Origin: an uncultured delta proteobacterium
GTDB lineage: Bacteria > Desulfobacterota > Desulfobacteria > Desulfobacterales > QNYZ01
NCBI GenBank assembly: GCA_963845145.1
Contig: CAWJQU010000001.1
Coordinates: 352,088-416,087 of the forward strand
Direction of reading: 5' to 3'
Length of the DNA: 64,000 bases
A model generated the notes under the pieces. That model was not told the origin of the DNA, searched no databases, and saw nothing but the letters and a program-made list of their open reading frames with translations. The position numbers and the translations under genes were made by a program. This document shows positions 31,185 to 41,078 of the stretch, one piece after another (positions within the stretch are counted from its first letter, which is position 1; every line of letters starts with the position of its first letter).

Positions 31185-31817
31185 TTATCGGCCTCCTTTA
31201 CTGATGAGGGTGATACTCTTCGGATCAACAGGGCTTGAGGTATAAATTTGGTACTCATCCTTGCCTGATCCGGACCACTCCTCAATGGTGAGGAACTTGG
31301 TATGATTTTCATTTTCAAATTCATACATATAGACCTTTTCTTCCCTGGTCTTCCGATAATAAACCGACGCCCAGTCATCTTCGTACCAGAATTTTTCGCC
31401 ATTAATCACAACGACATCCTTGTCATCAACAATCTGGTCGAGATCATCTTCGTCAATGGGCTCACCGGCATCATCCGTTAAATTTCTGAATGAAAGGCGA
31501 TCTAAGGTTATGGAAACTTCAAGTTCATCATCAAATTCCCATTCAAAATTAAATACTTGTCCGGTTTCAAGGCAAAGACAGGTCAGTTCATAAATAAAAT
31601 ACCCTTTTTTGGTTTTAAAATCATCTGAGGTTTCTTCATATTTATTAAGGTCTTTAACAAAGTAGGTATTGCCAAGATAATCAAAAAACGAATGGCCACC
31701 GGCATCTTTTATGCTCAGCAAAGCCTTTTCCTGTCCGGAAACAAGATTTTCTTTTTTAAGCGTTCTTATGGTGCTTAGTCTTTCCTGGAAAGATTTCTGT
31801 GTTGCAATATCAAGCAT
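31185..31817 (-). CDS. DUF4178-like domain protein
   Basis: Acidic beta-rich protein with FEWEFDDELE and YEFENE..FLTIEEW motifs; context with DUF350 and SpeE. Confidence 0.7.
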   Translation of the reverse strand: MLDIATQKSFQERLSTIRTLKKENLVSGQEKALLSIKDAGGHSFFDYLGNTYFVKDLNKYEETSDDFKTKKGYFIYELTCLCLETGQVFNFEWEFDDELEVSITLDRLSFRNLTDDAGEPIDEDDLDQIVDDKDVVVINGEKFWYEDDWASVYYRKTREEKVYMYEFENENHTKFLTIEEWSGSGKDEYQIYTSSPVDPKSITLISKGGR

Positions 31818-31863
31818 GGAAGGCCTCCAATTTTAAAACGTTCGGGTTTTAAAACGTTCGGGC

Positions 31864-33096
31864 TTATGCGTCCGCACGTCTTGCAGTTAATGCATCGGTT
31901 CTTGCTCGAAACCGGTCGTTCATTTCCCCAAGCGCATTAGAACTCTGGGACGCGATATTTATGGTTTCCTGTGAAATCAGAGCATAGGTTTCAAATGCTT
32001 GTTCGTAGGTCTGGCAAGCTTCTTCAAGTGCTTCAATGTTTACCGTCATGCTCTGGCTCATTTTTGCACCTTTGATGGCCGCATTTCCAATGACGTTGGC
32101 CGTGTCTTTCATGGTTTCGGCAGCAGCCTGCTGAACCATATCAAGATTTTGCATGGTCTCCATCTGCTGTTCAGCCGCCACCCTTACCGCCAGGGCATTT
32201 TTAACGGCTGTTGAAAGGATCATGTCTGTCCTTTGGACCAGGCGTCTGACCAAATGAGAGTTTCTGACCATCATCTCTCCACCGAATCGAGTCTGGAGAT
32301 TTGAGTTGTCAATGGTCTGGAGGTCCACCACAGCCATGGCAAGGTCACTGGTCAATGTTGTCAGGGCTTCTTTGTTTCTTGGTTCTTCAACCGTTCTCAT
32401 ATGTTCCATTAGTTTTTGCCAGATGATCTGACCCAGATAAATCCTTTCCTGAAGCCTTGGCTGGATCTCTTTTAAAGTGTCACAAATAGTGGAAAGTTCG
32501 GATGCATCAAAGGCAACCTGGTCGGCTTCATTCCTTAAATGATCACGAATGCCATCAATCGTAGAATTAACCGTTTCCCTTCGTTCAGCAATAATCCTCA
32601 GTATTTCATCTCCCTTTGGTAGCCGGTTAACCGTTTTTGTAAAAAGGCCCAACATTTTTTTGGAAAAGGGCATCTCGGTCTTTCCCACCATCGTGGGGTT
32701 CACCTTATCCAGTTCCGTTTTAATGGCCAGAATATTTTTACCCACAGGAGAAGACTCATCTGCGGCAACATTTTTGAGCACACTTCCCATTTTGCGATCA
32801 TAAAGGCTTACCTGGGTCTGGGTCTCTTCCATGATTTCCCGGCCCAGACCGAAAACGAAATTACCTAGTTGCCAGTCCGAGGGGTCTTCTTTTATTTTAC
32901 CAAGGAATTCATTGGCCTGGGTTTCAATAGCCTGTATATCTTCAACGGCCAGGTGTTTGGGTTGTATCGGTTCGAGATTGGAAGGAGACTGAACCGGTGT
33001 TAAGGCACCCTGACCAGAAACCTCGGTCGCTTCGGCAAGGACGGGTGCTTTGGCCTGTTGAGCTACGCTTTGAAGGTCTTGTGTCATATCATTCAT
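31864..33096 (-). CDS. Toxic anion resistance protein (TelA family)
   Basis: All-helical; VGKNILAIKTELDKVNP, LGLFTK, NSHLVRR, VNIEALEEA pattern of TelA/KlaB. Confidence 0.75.
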   Translation of the reverse strand: MNDMTQDLQSVAQQAKAPVLAEATEVSGQGALTPVQSPSNLEPIQPKHLAVEDIQAIETQANEFLGKIKEDPSDWQLGNFVFGLGREIMEETQTQVSLYDRKMGSVLKNVAADESSPVGKNILAIKTELDKVNPTMVGKTEMPFSKKMLGLFTKTVNRLPKGDEILRIIAERRETVNSTIDGIRDHLRNEADQVAFDASELSTICDTLKEIQPRLQERIYLGQIIWQKLMEHMRTVEEPRNKEALTTLTSDLAMAVVDLQTIDNSNLQTRFGGEMMVRNSHLVRRLVQRTDMILSTAVKNALAVRVAAEQQMETMQNLDMVQQAAAETMKDTANVIGNAAIKGAKMSQSMTVNIEALEEACQTYEQAFETYALISQETINIASQSSNALGEMNDRFRARTDALTARRADA

Positions 33097-33141
33097 GCGG
33101 GTCCTCCTTAAGAGACAGAACAGAAAAGATTAATTTTTGCT

Positions 33142-33660
33142 TTATGAAAATTTACCGGCGAGAAAATTCGCCATAGTTTTAAATTCTGCGGTTTCATTTT
33201 TTTCGACGATAGCCCTTGATCGATTTGAGACATCATGCAGACTTTCTATCGTTTTATTAAACGTGTCAAATTGATTTTTTCGGCTTTCGATTGAAAGATC
33301 AAGGTATTCCTTAACGGTCTTGTAAAGATGTTCCCTGCCAATTTTTTTGATTTCATAGGTCAGGGTTTCGCCGGGATATCGCTCCACCATCGCTGGTGTG
33401 ATCACTGTCAGGTCATCAATAATGGCTTCTATTTTATCCGTTATGGCCACTGAAACATCAGCGTCTTTTCTCAACAGAATATTTAACTTTAACAAAGAAT
33501 CCATTATGGCCCGGTACTCTTGCTCAGGGGATATCTCAGATTGAGGCGCAGATGAAGGCTGCACCTTCTCATTTGATACCGTTTTTTTCGCTCTAATATT
33601 TTTCATTATAAGGGTAAAGCCAATAATCGAAATAAGAATGACTACTGTTGCAATGATCAT
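33142..33660 (-). CDS. Membrane-anchored helical protein, XpaC-like TelA partner
   Basis: N-terminal TM; EHLYKTVKEYLDLS motif; first gene before telA. Confidence 0.55.
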   Translation of the reverse strand: MIIATVVILISIIGFTLIMKNIRAKKTVSNEKVQPSSAPQSEISPEQEYRAIMDSLLKLNILLRKDADVSVAITDKIEAIIDDLTVITPAMVERYPGETLTYEIKKIGREHLYKTVKEYLDLSIESRKNQFDTFNKTIESLHDVSNRSRAIVEKNETAEFKTMANFLAGKFS

Positions 33661-34127
33661 TGTGTTGCTCCTATGTTTAGGGCCTTCATATCAACAATAT
33701 CCTCAGGTTAAGAATACAAAACTATATATAGGGCCCCCGGAAAAAGCAAGAAAGGACAATACAGAACAAGTATGGTCTAAGGACCGGTTTAGTCTTCAAA
33801 ACGGATTTACCTCTTTTAAGCCAAGCGGTGTATTTGTAGTTATCTGAACGGCAGCATTTTGAAATTGGCCCATTGGATATGTCGAATAATTTTCATGGCC
33901 CTATCACTCAATAGATCGGCGCAGAACGAGAAAAAAACCCCACACCACTGTAATCCCCGGTAAGATTTGGTCATTCTATCATCATGTTCGGAAAAAATGA
34001 AATATTTACTATGTCATTTTTGATATAAATGCTATAGGCATATCAACTTTCTTTCCGCCATGGGCGATCTCCGACCAAGCGCATGGCATGAAAAAATCCT
34101 GGCTTTCATCTAATTCATTGTATTACG

Positions 34128-34340
34128 ATGGCAAAGACCCGAAAAATAAAACCTAAAATAAGCCGTGGTCGTCCTTTGGTGCAAAAGCTGAAAGGCGGGA
34201 ATCCTTTCGGAAAGATTCGCTTTGAGATTTGGGGCGAAGAGGTGATACAAAAAAGGGTCAAGGTAAGCGCCACTAGTGGCCGGGTCTATCTGCCCACCCG
34301 ATGGGTGGGGAGCAAGGTAAAGATTGTTCGCATTGACTGA
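34128..34340 (+). CDS. DUF2080-family small protein
   Basis: FEIWGEEVIQKRVKVSATSGRVYLPTRWVGSKVKIVRID. Confidence 0.7.
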   Translation: MAKTRKIKPKISRGRPLVQKLKGGNPFGKIRFEIWGEEVIQKRVKVSATSGRVYLPTRWVGSKVKIVRID

Positions 34341-34381
34341 CGAAAAACCAATGCGGGTACACGGATCGAAAAACATAAAAG

Positions 34382-35938
34382 GTGTTGATGGGGTGGCCGG
34401 AAAAAATGATTCTATCGCAAGCCAATACCATCCCGGCATCTTGCCTGATACTTGCCGGCGGTCGCGGCCAACGGCTTTCCCCTGAAAAACCGTTGCTTAC
34501 AATCAACGGTAGACCCATCATTGAACGGGTGGTTTCCACCGTTACCCCCCTTTTTAAAGAAGTTCTGATCATTACCAACACCCCTGATCGATATGACTAT
34601 CTTCAGATTCCCTGTGTTACCGACCAGCGCCAGGGATGTGGGCCCCTGATGGGGATTTACAGCGGGTTGCGAAAAATAAACACGGATCTTGCCTTTGTTT
34701 GTGCGGCGGATATGCCTTTTTTAGACGCTGAATTAATCCGATCCGAATATGAGGCCATGGGAACATTCGATATCGTCGTTCCCTGGCCCAATGGTATCCC
34801 CGAATTCCTGCATGCTTTGTACCGCAAACGGTGCCTGCCTGTTATTCAAGAAAGCCTGGAAAATGATATCTTTAAAATCGAAATAATCACCCATCGTCTA
34901 AAGACCTTGCGCCTGGAACATGAGTGGTTTCAAAAAAACGACTTTACGCCCCGTATCGAGCGCGATTTTACAAATATCAACACCATCGAGGACTATCGGC
35001 GCTGGAATGTACCGCAAAAAGATATCCCTATTCATGATATGGGCGATGATGCCGATCGTTCCACTATCCCATTTGCCTTAAATGACACGCCCTTGGTAGC
35101 GACCGATGTTTTAAAACAGATACAACGCACGCTGATCCGGCAGGAAAGCGACTATCATTATAGTCTCCCCAAAGAGAACTGGGCCAGTCTTTGGGCCCAC
35201 AGCTTCAGGGTCGGCCGAATTGCTCATGGCCTTGCGATAACGGAAAAGAGAGAGGCCACACCCGCCCTACTCGCAGGCCTGTTTCACGATACGGGTAAGT
35301 TTTCAGATGGAAGCTATCACGAAGATAACATTGCTGAAGAAGAACATGCGGTTCGGTTTGTCGAGAAAATCCTTGGCACCACCCTCTACGAGCGATGGAT
35401 TCCGGTCGTTACCCAAGCCATTCTCACCATGTATCTGGAGGATGAAAAAACCAGCGATATCGGCCGCATCGTCTACGACGCGGATAACCTCGACAAACTG
35501 GGACACATGGGCGTTGCCCAGTTTTTTTCAAAAGGCGCGTTACGTCGGCGGTTTTTAGGTGATGAGCAGATCATTCGTGCCGGCATCGAATTGACCTACG
35601 CACACCATGCGCCGGATACCCTAAAAACCGCCACGGGGCGTTCCCGGGCCCGGGAACGAAAGATGCGAACCTACCGCTTTTACACGGAGCTTTTGGAGGA
35701 GTGGGAGCAACTCGGCCTGGGCACTTTCAACATCCACAAGGAAAACATCGCCGGTATCGATTGTATCCTGGTGGTCCCAAAAGCCTGTTCGTGCGGCGGC
35801 AGTTTGGACATCGATTCCGACATCGAGGATGCCTTGAAATGCCGCTCACTTATCGTTACCTACACCTGCCCGGCATGCAGCACCAAGAACGAGATCTCTT
35901 TTTGTCTTCCCAATATTAAAGGGCTACCACGGAAGTGA
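34382..35938 (+). CDS. MobA-like nucleotidyltransferase fused to HD phosphohydrolase and Zn ribbon
   Basis: LILAGGRGQRL..K, GPLMGI, AADMPF, NINT; then AHSFRV, LFHDTGK, YDADNLDKLG; C-terminal CSCGG..CPAC. Start may be ATG 34406. Confidence 0.85.
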   Translation: MLMGWPEKMILSQANTIPASCLILAGGRGQRLSPEKPLLTINGRPIIERVVSTVTPLFKEVLIITNTPDRYDYLQIPCVTDQRQGCGPLMGIYSGLRKINTDLAFVCAADMPFLDAELIRSEYEAMGTFDIVVPWPNGIPEFLHALYRKRCLPVIQESLENDIFKIEIITHRLKTLRLEHEWFQKNDFTPRIERDFTNINTIEDYRRWNVPQKDIPIHDMGDDADRSTIPFALNDTPLVATDVLKQIQRTLIRQESDYHYSLPKENWASLWAHSFRVGRIAHGLAITEKREATPALLAGLFHDTGKFSDGSYHEDNIAEEEHAVRFVEKILGTTLYERWIPVVTQAILTMYLEDEKTSDIGRIVYDADNLDKLGHMGVAQFFSKGALRRRFLGDEQIIRAGIELTYAHHAPDTLKTATGRSRARERKMRTYRFYTELLEEWEQLGLGTFNIHKENIAGIDCILVVPKACSCGGSLDIDSDIEDALKCRSLIVTYTCPACSTKNEISFCLPNIKGLPRK

Positions 35939-35960
35939 CTGCAAAAAAAAGGATTCGGCT

Positions 35961-38900
35961 CTAAACAACTTGCCGCGTCAGTTCCAACCCTCGGTACTCT
36001 TTAGAAAAACCAAACGCCGTCATCACCGGGCCATAATCGCTCGACCCCGCGGGAACGCCATTGATCGTTTCGACCACCAGGGTGCGCACCGGATTGAATT
36101 TCCGGTTTACCAGCGCTTTGAATACCTTCAAACAGTCAGGTATGCGGGGGTGATCGTGAGGAATCGCAAATGTCGCCTCTTTCCCGCTTCGAGACAAGGT
36201 CAAGACCAAATTGCGGCCATGAAATACCACGTAATTAGAGACCTTTCGAGCGGGCAACTGCTTTTTTAGGCCTTCCACCGGGATACCGCACAAAGATGCC
36301 GGATCGGCTGCATTGAGCCAGAAAACGGCATCTTCGGGCAGTGGTCGATTTAGCCTTCGAAACGCCTCCCCGGAGATAAACTGGGCTCCGGCTACACCCT
36401 CAAAAAAATGGCCGGAAATGATCTCGCCGGATAGTTCCATCAGTCTTAATGTTTTAAACAGCTTCCCCCATCTAAGCAGGGGCAATTCACGGGCGAGGAG
36501 CTCCCTGAAGAGAAGACCGTAGCGGCGCAACAATTGTCTGACACGGTCTTTGACCAGGAGTTCAGCTTCCATCGGGTCTAGTGGATCGGCCGGCTTGTCG
36601 GTTCCCAGGCAAAACCAGTTACCCGCCAAGGGGCGCGATGACTTCCACCGGTTAAATCGGCCGCGCCTGCCCCGATGCGGAGCCGCTTGTACTTTAAAAG
36701 CGGAGAACTTGTTCCCAATGCCTGTGCGAATGATGTTCAAACTGTCATTACTCACTTTTCCCTGCCAGGACAGCGCCCACAGCCGTTGGGTGAGTTGGGC
36801 GGTCGACATATCCACATGTCGTTGAATATCAAAAAAACCATATTTGGCATGCATATCGGGAAAAAGCCGTTTCAATAAATTATCCGCATCTGCAGAGGCA
36901 TCCGGTTGGTCCCAGGGCTGGAACAGGTCTAAGTCTTCCGTAAAGGCGAATCCTGTTTTTTTATCTCCGCAACCAAACCAGATCAGATCCCCCGCGCTGG
37001 TGAGGCTATCCATCCACTCCGGATAATAGGGGTCGAGCCGTGCGGGCAGGATATACGCTTCCCATGCGGCCACCGGTGCCGGGTATCCAAAAAGTTGTTC
37101 CAATCGATCCTGTAGGTCATTCATCTGGTGGCCCGGTTCAGAGAGCCCCTGGAAAGTGGCCAGAAACAACGGTAATGCTTCGGGAGCCAGCGCTTTAAAA
37201 TCCGGACGTCTGGAACGGCGGGTCATGCGAAGTAGAATTTCGAGGTTGTTTCGGTCGCAGACTTCGATGCGATCGGTATCTTCCCGGAAGCAGTCAATGA
37301 CGATATCATTCGATGCTCGCAGGGTTTCCAGCAACCCCGTCAGGTTATCTTGCGATAATCCCAGCACCGTCTTGATAAATTCAGGTCTCACTGGTCCGTA
37401 ATAAGAGAGGAATTGGCGCAGCGTCTCCGCCAGCGCTGCCGCCCCATTTTGACCGTTATCCCCTTTTTCTTTTTGGTTTTCTCTATAACGATCAAACTGG
37501 AATTCAATGGTTTTGAGTAGAAGATCATCCGCCGGCTGGCGGTCCAGGGTATTGATCTTCATCTCTTCGAAGGGCAATACCATAGCATGACTGATGTGCG
37601 GTAAGGACTCCACCGCCGTGACACAGGCCGTATTCGTAGACGCTAACGTTAGCCGGCAAAGCTTGTGCTTTAAAGTCGGCATCATTTCCGTGATCGTGTC
37701 CCGTCCGTCTCGCGCCATCGCTTCGACCAAGTCATCCCACTCATTTTGCGGAATCAGGCGACGTTCTTTTACCCAATCGAGGAGATCATCACCGGAACGA
37801 GGGGCATATCCAGCCGCTGTTCGTTTGAGTTTTCGATCCAGGTCGCGAATGATACGATCCGGAATGGCCGGACGCAACCGGGACGATAAAGCCACTTCCT
37901 GAATGAGATCGTCGCTTAAAGACGATTTTTTACCGTACTCGGGGGTATCATCCTTGTACATATGGGCGTTGGTCTGCTGCCAGATCAAATTTCGGGCAAA
38001 AGGAGATGGCGCTGTGGTGATGGACTCGGATAGCCGAATCTCCCCTTGAGCGATCTCATCGAGCATTCGCTTCAGGTTCTCCGGATCGAAGGCGTCGTTT
38101 AGGCAAGTGCGCCAGGTTTCCAGTAAAATGGGAAAATCGGGATATCCCATCACGGCATCCATGAGCTTTTTCGATCTGAGTCGGTTTAGCCACAAGGGTA
38201 GCCGTTTTTTAAAATTTATTTTGGGTAAAAGTAGTGCCGTTCCGGCGTTTTCGCGAAACCGGGCACCGAAAAACCCGGTTTTTTCAAGGCGGGCCCGCAG
38301 CAAGGCTTCCACGTTGTCTGCATTCACCAGATTCAGAATAACGTCGGTATTCAAATCGTGGGGAAGGATGAGAAGGATGCAGTCATCATCGGCGAATACT
38401 TCCAGTCGATAGCCGTGGGCCGCTTCCCACCCTTCGGCCAGGGCCATGGCGTAGGGCCGATTAATGCGCCCGCCCCATAGGGTATGAAGGACAACCTGCT
38501 TACCGTCGGAGCGGTTATGGGGATCGTTGAAATGCTCAATCAACAAGTGGTGCCGATGGGGCAGGTCGGATCCCGTTACCTCTTTTTGGCGTTTTAAGAA
38601 GGCGATCAAGTCATTCGCCGCGGATGGTTCCAAGGCATAATCTGTTTGAAGCGTGCGACCAAATTGCGGTTGGGAAACATTCTGATCGGCAAATTCTAAA
38701 AACGTTGAAATCCGTTCGGAGAAATGAAAATCGCGGTTTCGGGGTTCGGCTCTCCAAAAAGGAATCATCCCTGGCGCACGTTGGGATGGAATCACTTCCA
38801 CATGGTTATGGGTGATTGTCATTATCCGCCAGCACTGCGCCCCCATGGTAAACGTGTCACCAATGGACCTTTCCCATACGAACTCTTCATCCAACTCGCC

Positions 38901-40457
38901 GATCTTGGCCTTGGTCGGCTGAAGTCTCAGATCAAACAAGCCCCGTTCCGGAATGGTGCCCCCGGCGAGGTAGACCAGCAGCAGAGCGCCGGATCGTGCT
39001 TTTATGGTATTGTCCACCGCATCGATGGAGACCCGGGGGCGCAATTCCCGCAAGTGCGTATCGGCAAACCGTCCCGCCAGCATATCCAAAACCAGGTCAA
39101 ATTGTCGCCGGGTCAGGTGGCGGTATGGCCAGGCCGATTTGATAAAATCAAATAGGGCCTCCACTCCCCAGATTTCCACCCCGGTCATGGCAACAATCAC
39201 CTGGGCCAGCACATCCAAAGGACACTCAACCGGGTGCAAGGGCTCAATGTCGCCTTCGAGCACACACCGAGCCATCACCGCGGCCCGAAGAAAATCCTGC
39301 CCATGGGTGGGAAACAGGTCCCCCCGGCTGGTTTCCCCCACGCGGTGGCCGGACCGCCCGATCCGCTGGACAGCAGAGGTGATGGTGGGCGGCGTCTGGA
39401 TCAGTACCACCCGGTCCAGGTCACCGATATCGATCCCCAGTTCAAGGGAATTGGTGGCCACAATGGCACTCAAGTCCCCATTTTTCAGCTTCTGCTCGAC
39501 GGTTAGCCGTATCTCCTTGGACAACGAGCCATGATGGGAGTAAGCGGCGTTTTTGGCTAACTTGTCATTGATCAGACGCGTCACTTTTTCCGTGGTTCGA
39601 CGACTGTTGGCAAACAATAAAGTAGAACGATTTTTCTGAACGATACGGGCAAAAGCGGCCGCTAAGGCCGGCCAGGTTTCCGTCTCGACAATATCTCCGA
39701 ATTCATTTGGACTGCGAACGCGAACCTGGACTGACTTTAAAGCTTGGGATTGAATGACCTTCACCGGCCGCGCTTCGTACCCGCCACCGGGTGTGTGACG
39801 ATACCCCCCGATAAATCCGGCCACACGATCGATGGGGTTCACGGTGGCGGAGAGGGCAATCCGCTGAAACTCCCCCGCGAGTGCCGCCAGGCGCTCCACG
39901 GCGGTGATCAGGTGCGTCCCACGCTTTGTAGCGACCACCGCATGAATTTCATCCAGAATAACCGTCGCGGTTCCGGAAAGCATTCGTCGGCCATTCTTGG
40001 AGCTCAAAATAATATTCAAACTTTCCGGCGTCAGAATCAGAATTTCCGGTGGGTGCCGCAACATGCGTCGCCGCTCATCCTGGGGCGTATCCCCGCTGCG
40101 GGTCAGCGCTCGAATGGAAGGAAAGGGGGTTCCGGCGGCATTGAAGCATTTCTCGATCTTTTCCAACGGATGGAGCAGGTTTTTGCGCACATCGTTGTTT
40201 AAAGCCTTGAGCGGCGATACATACACCACCCGCACCTGCCCCTCTTCCCAGGCACCTGTGGCCAATTGGTGAATGGCCCAAAGAAAGGCCGTCAGGGTTT
40301 TGCCGCTTCCCGTCGGCGCCGTGATCAAGACATGGCGCCCCTCGATGATCTGAGGCCATGCCTGTTGCTGGATATCGGTAGGTTCCTTAAATGTGTCGCT
40401 AAACCACCGGCTAATGAGGGGGTGAAAGGCATTTAGTGATGGATGATGGGTTTTCAT
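35961..40457 (-). CDS. lhr: Lhr-family SF2 helicase with extended C-terminus
   Basis: APTGSGKT, SPLKAL, DEIH, LSAT, LELGIDIG, QRIGRSGH, IGELDEEFV; C-terminal LRRYGLLFRE..GAQF..NAADPA. Confidence 0.92.
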   Translation of the reverse strand: MKTHHPSLNAFHPLISRWFSDTFKEPTDIQQQAWPQIIEGRHVLITAPTGSGKTLTAFLWAIHQLATGAWEEGQVRVVYVSPLKALNNDVRKNLLHPLEKIEKCFNAAGTPFPSIRALTRSGDTPQDERRRMLRHPPEILILTPESLNIILSSKNGRRMLSGTATVILDEIHAVVATKRGTHLITAVERLAALAGEFQRIALSATVNPIDRVAGFIGGYRHTPGGGYEARPVKVIQSQALKSVQVRVRSPNEFGDIVETETWPALAAAFARIVQKNRSTLLFANSRRTTEKVTRLINDKLAKNAAYSHHGSLSKEIRLTVEQKLKNGDLSAIVATNSLELGIDIGDLDRVVLIQTPPTITSAVQRIGRSGHRVGETSRGDLFPTHGQDFLRAAVMARCVLEGDIEPLHPVECPLDVLAQVIVAMTGVEIWGVEALFDFIKSAWPYRHLTRRQFDLVLDMLAGRFADTHLRELRPRVSIDAVDNTIKARSGALLLVYLAGGTIPERGLFDLRLQPTKAKIGELDEEFVWERSIGDTFTMGAQCWRIMTITHNHVEVIPSQRAPGMIPFWRAEPRNRDFHFSERISTFLEFADQNVSQPQFGRTLQTDYALEPSAANDLIAFLKRQKEVTGSDLPHRHHLLIEHFNDPHNRSDGKQVVLHTLWGGRINRPYAMALAEGWEAAHGYRLEVFADDDCILLILPHDLNTDVILNLVNADNVEALLRARLEKTGFFGARFRENAGTALLLPKINFKKRLPLWLNRLRSKKLMDAVMGYPDFPILLETWRTCLNDAFDPENLKRMLDEIAQGEIRLSESITTAPSPFARNLIWQQTNAHMYKDDTPEYGKKSSLSDDLIQEVALSSRLRPAIPDRIIRDLDRKLKRTAAGYAPRSGDDLLDWVKERRLIPQNEWDDLVEAMARDGRDTITEMMPTLKHKLCRLTLASTNTACVTAVESLPHISHAMVLPFEEMKINTLDRQPADDLLLKTIEFQFDRYRENQKEKGDNGQNGAAALAETLRQFLSYYGPVRPEFIKTVLGLSQDNLTGLLETLRASNDIVIDCFREDTDRIEVCDRNNLEILLRMTRRSRRPDFKALAPEALPLFLATFQGLSEPGHQMNDLQDRLEQLFGYPAPVAAWEAYILPARLDPYYPEWMDSLTSAGDLIWFGCGDKKTGFAFTEDLDLFQPWDQPDASADADNLLKRLFPDMHAKYGFFDIQRHVDMSTAQLTQRLWALSWQGKVSNDSLNIIRTGIGNKFSAFKVQAAPHRGRRGRFNRWKSSRPLAGNWFCLGTDKPADPLDPMEAELLVKDRVRQLLRRYGLLFRELLARELPLLRWGKLFKTLRLMELSGEIISGHFFEGVAGAQFISGEAFRRLNRPLPEDAVFWLNAADPASLCGIPVEGLKKQLPARKVSNYVVFHGRNLVLTLSRSGKEATFAIPHDHPRIPDCLKVFKALVNRKFNPVRTLVVETINGVPAGSSDYGPVMTAFGFSKEYRGLELTRQVV

Positions 40458-40479
40458 ATGGTATGTTCAGTTAACGAAA

Positions 40480-40698
40480 TTGTCTGAAACATGCAATACC
40501 CCCATTTACGGATTGGCGAACACATTAAGTCGGTCAAGGTCCTGGGTGATCAACCAAGCCATTGAACGGTTTCTTGACTATGAAGAATGGTTTGTTCAAG
40601 AAGTCAAAGATGGTTTAGACGAGATAAAACGAGGTGAGCTCGCGACAGAAAATGAGGTGACTGCCAAATTCCGTAAATGGGGCGTAGATGCGCGTTAG
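40480..40698 (+). CDS. CopG/RHH antitoxin, probably N-truncated
   Basis: LANTLSRSRSWVINQAIERFL..EW..GLDEIKRG; overlaps the toxin start. Confidence 0.7.
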   Translation: MSETCNTPIYGLANTLSRSRSWVINQAIERFLDYEEWFVQEVKDGLDEIKRGELATENEVTAKFRKWGVDAR

Positions 40699-40966
40699 AT
40701 GGACCCGCAAAGCCCTTGCCAATTTGGACAGTGCCGTGGACTTTATTGCCTCCGACAAACCCACAGCAGCGACTGATGTGGCCCTGAAAATATGGGACAC
40801 ATCAAAATTGATAGCCGAACAACCGGGATTAGGGCGCCCCGGAAGGGTTTCCGGAACACGTGAATTTGTTATTCCAGGGTTACCATATATTTTACCTTAC
40901 TCTGTAAAAGATGGGGCCATATTCATATTAAGGGTGATGCATACATCGGAGAAAGAAACGCTTTAA
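40688..40966 (+). CDS. RelE/ParE-family toxin
   Basis: VRWTRKALANL, GRPGRVSGTREFVI, YILPY, ILRVMHTS. Confidence 0.9.
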   Translation: MRVRWTRKALANLDSAVDFIASDKPTAATDVALKIWDTSKLIAEQPGLGRPGRVSGTREFVIPGLPYILPYSVKDGAIFILRVMHTSEKETL

Positions 40967-41078
40967 AACCGGAACAAGAGAATAATCCACCAAGGCCGAT
41001 GGTCATTCAGGAAGCGATGCAATAACTTAAAAATCTTCCTCGAGTCTTAAAGCCCCTCACGAAATATTTTTGTTAAAT

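Noticed and set aside
31831..31862. Tandem TTTTAAAACGTTCGGG x2
   Set aside because: A simple intergenic duplication with no further structure.
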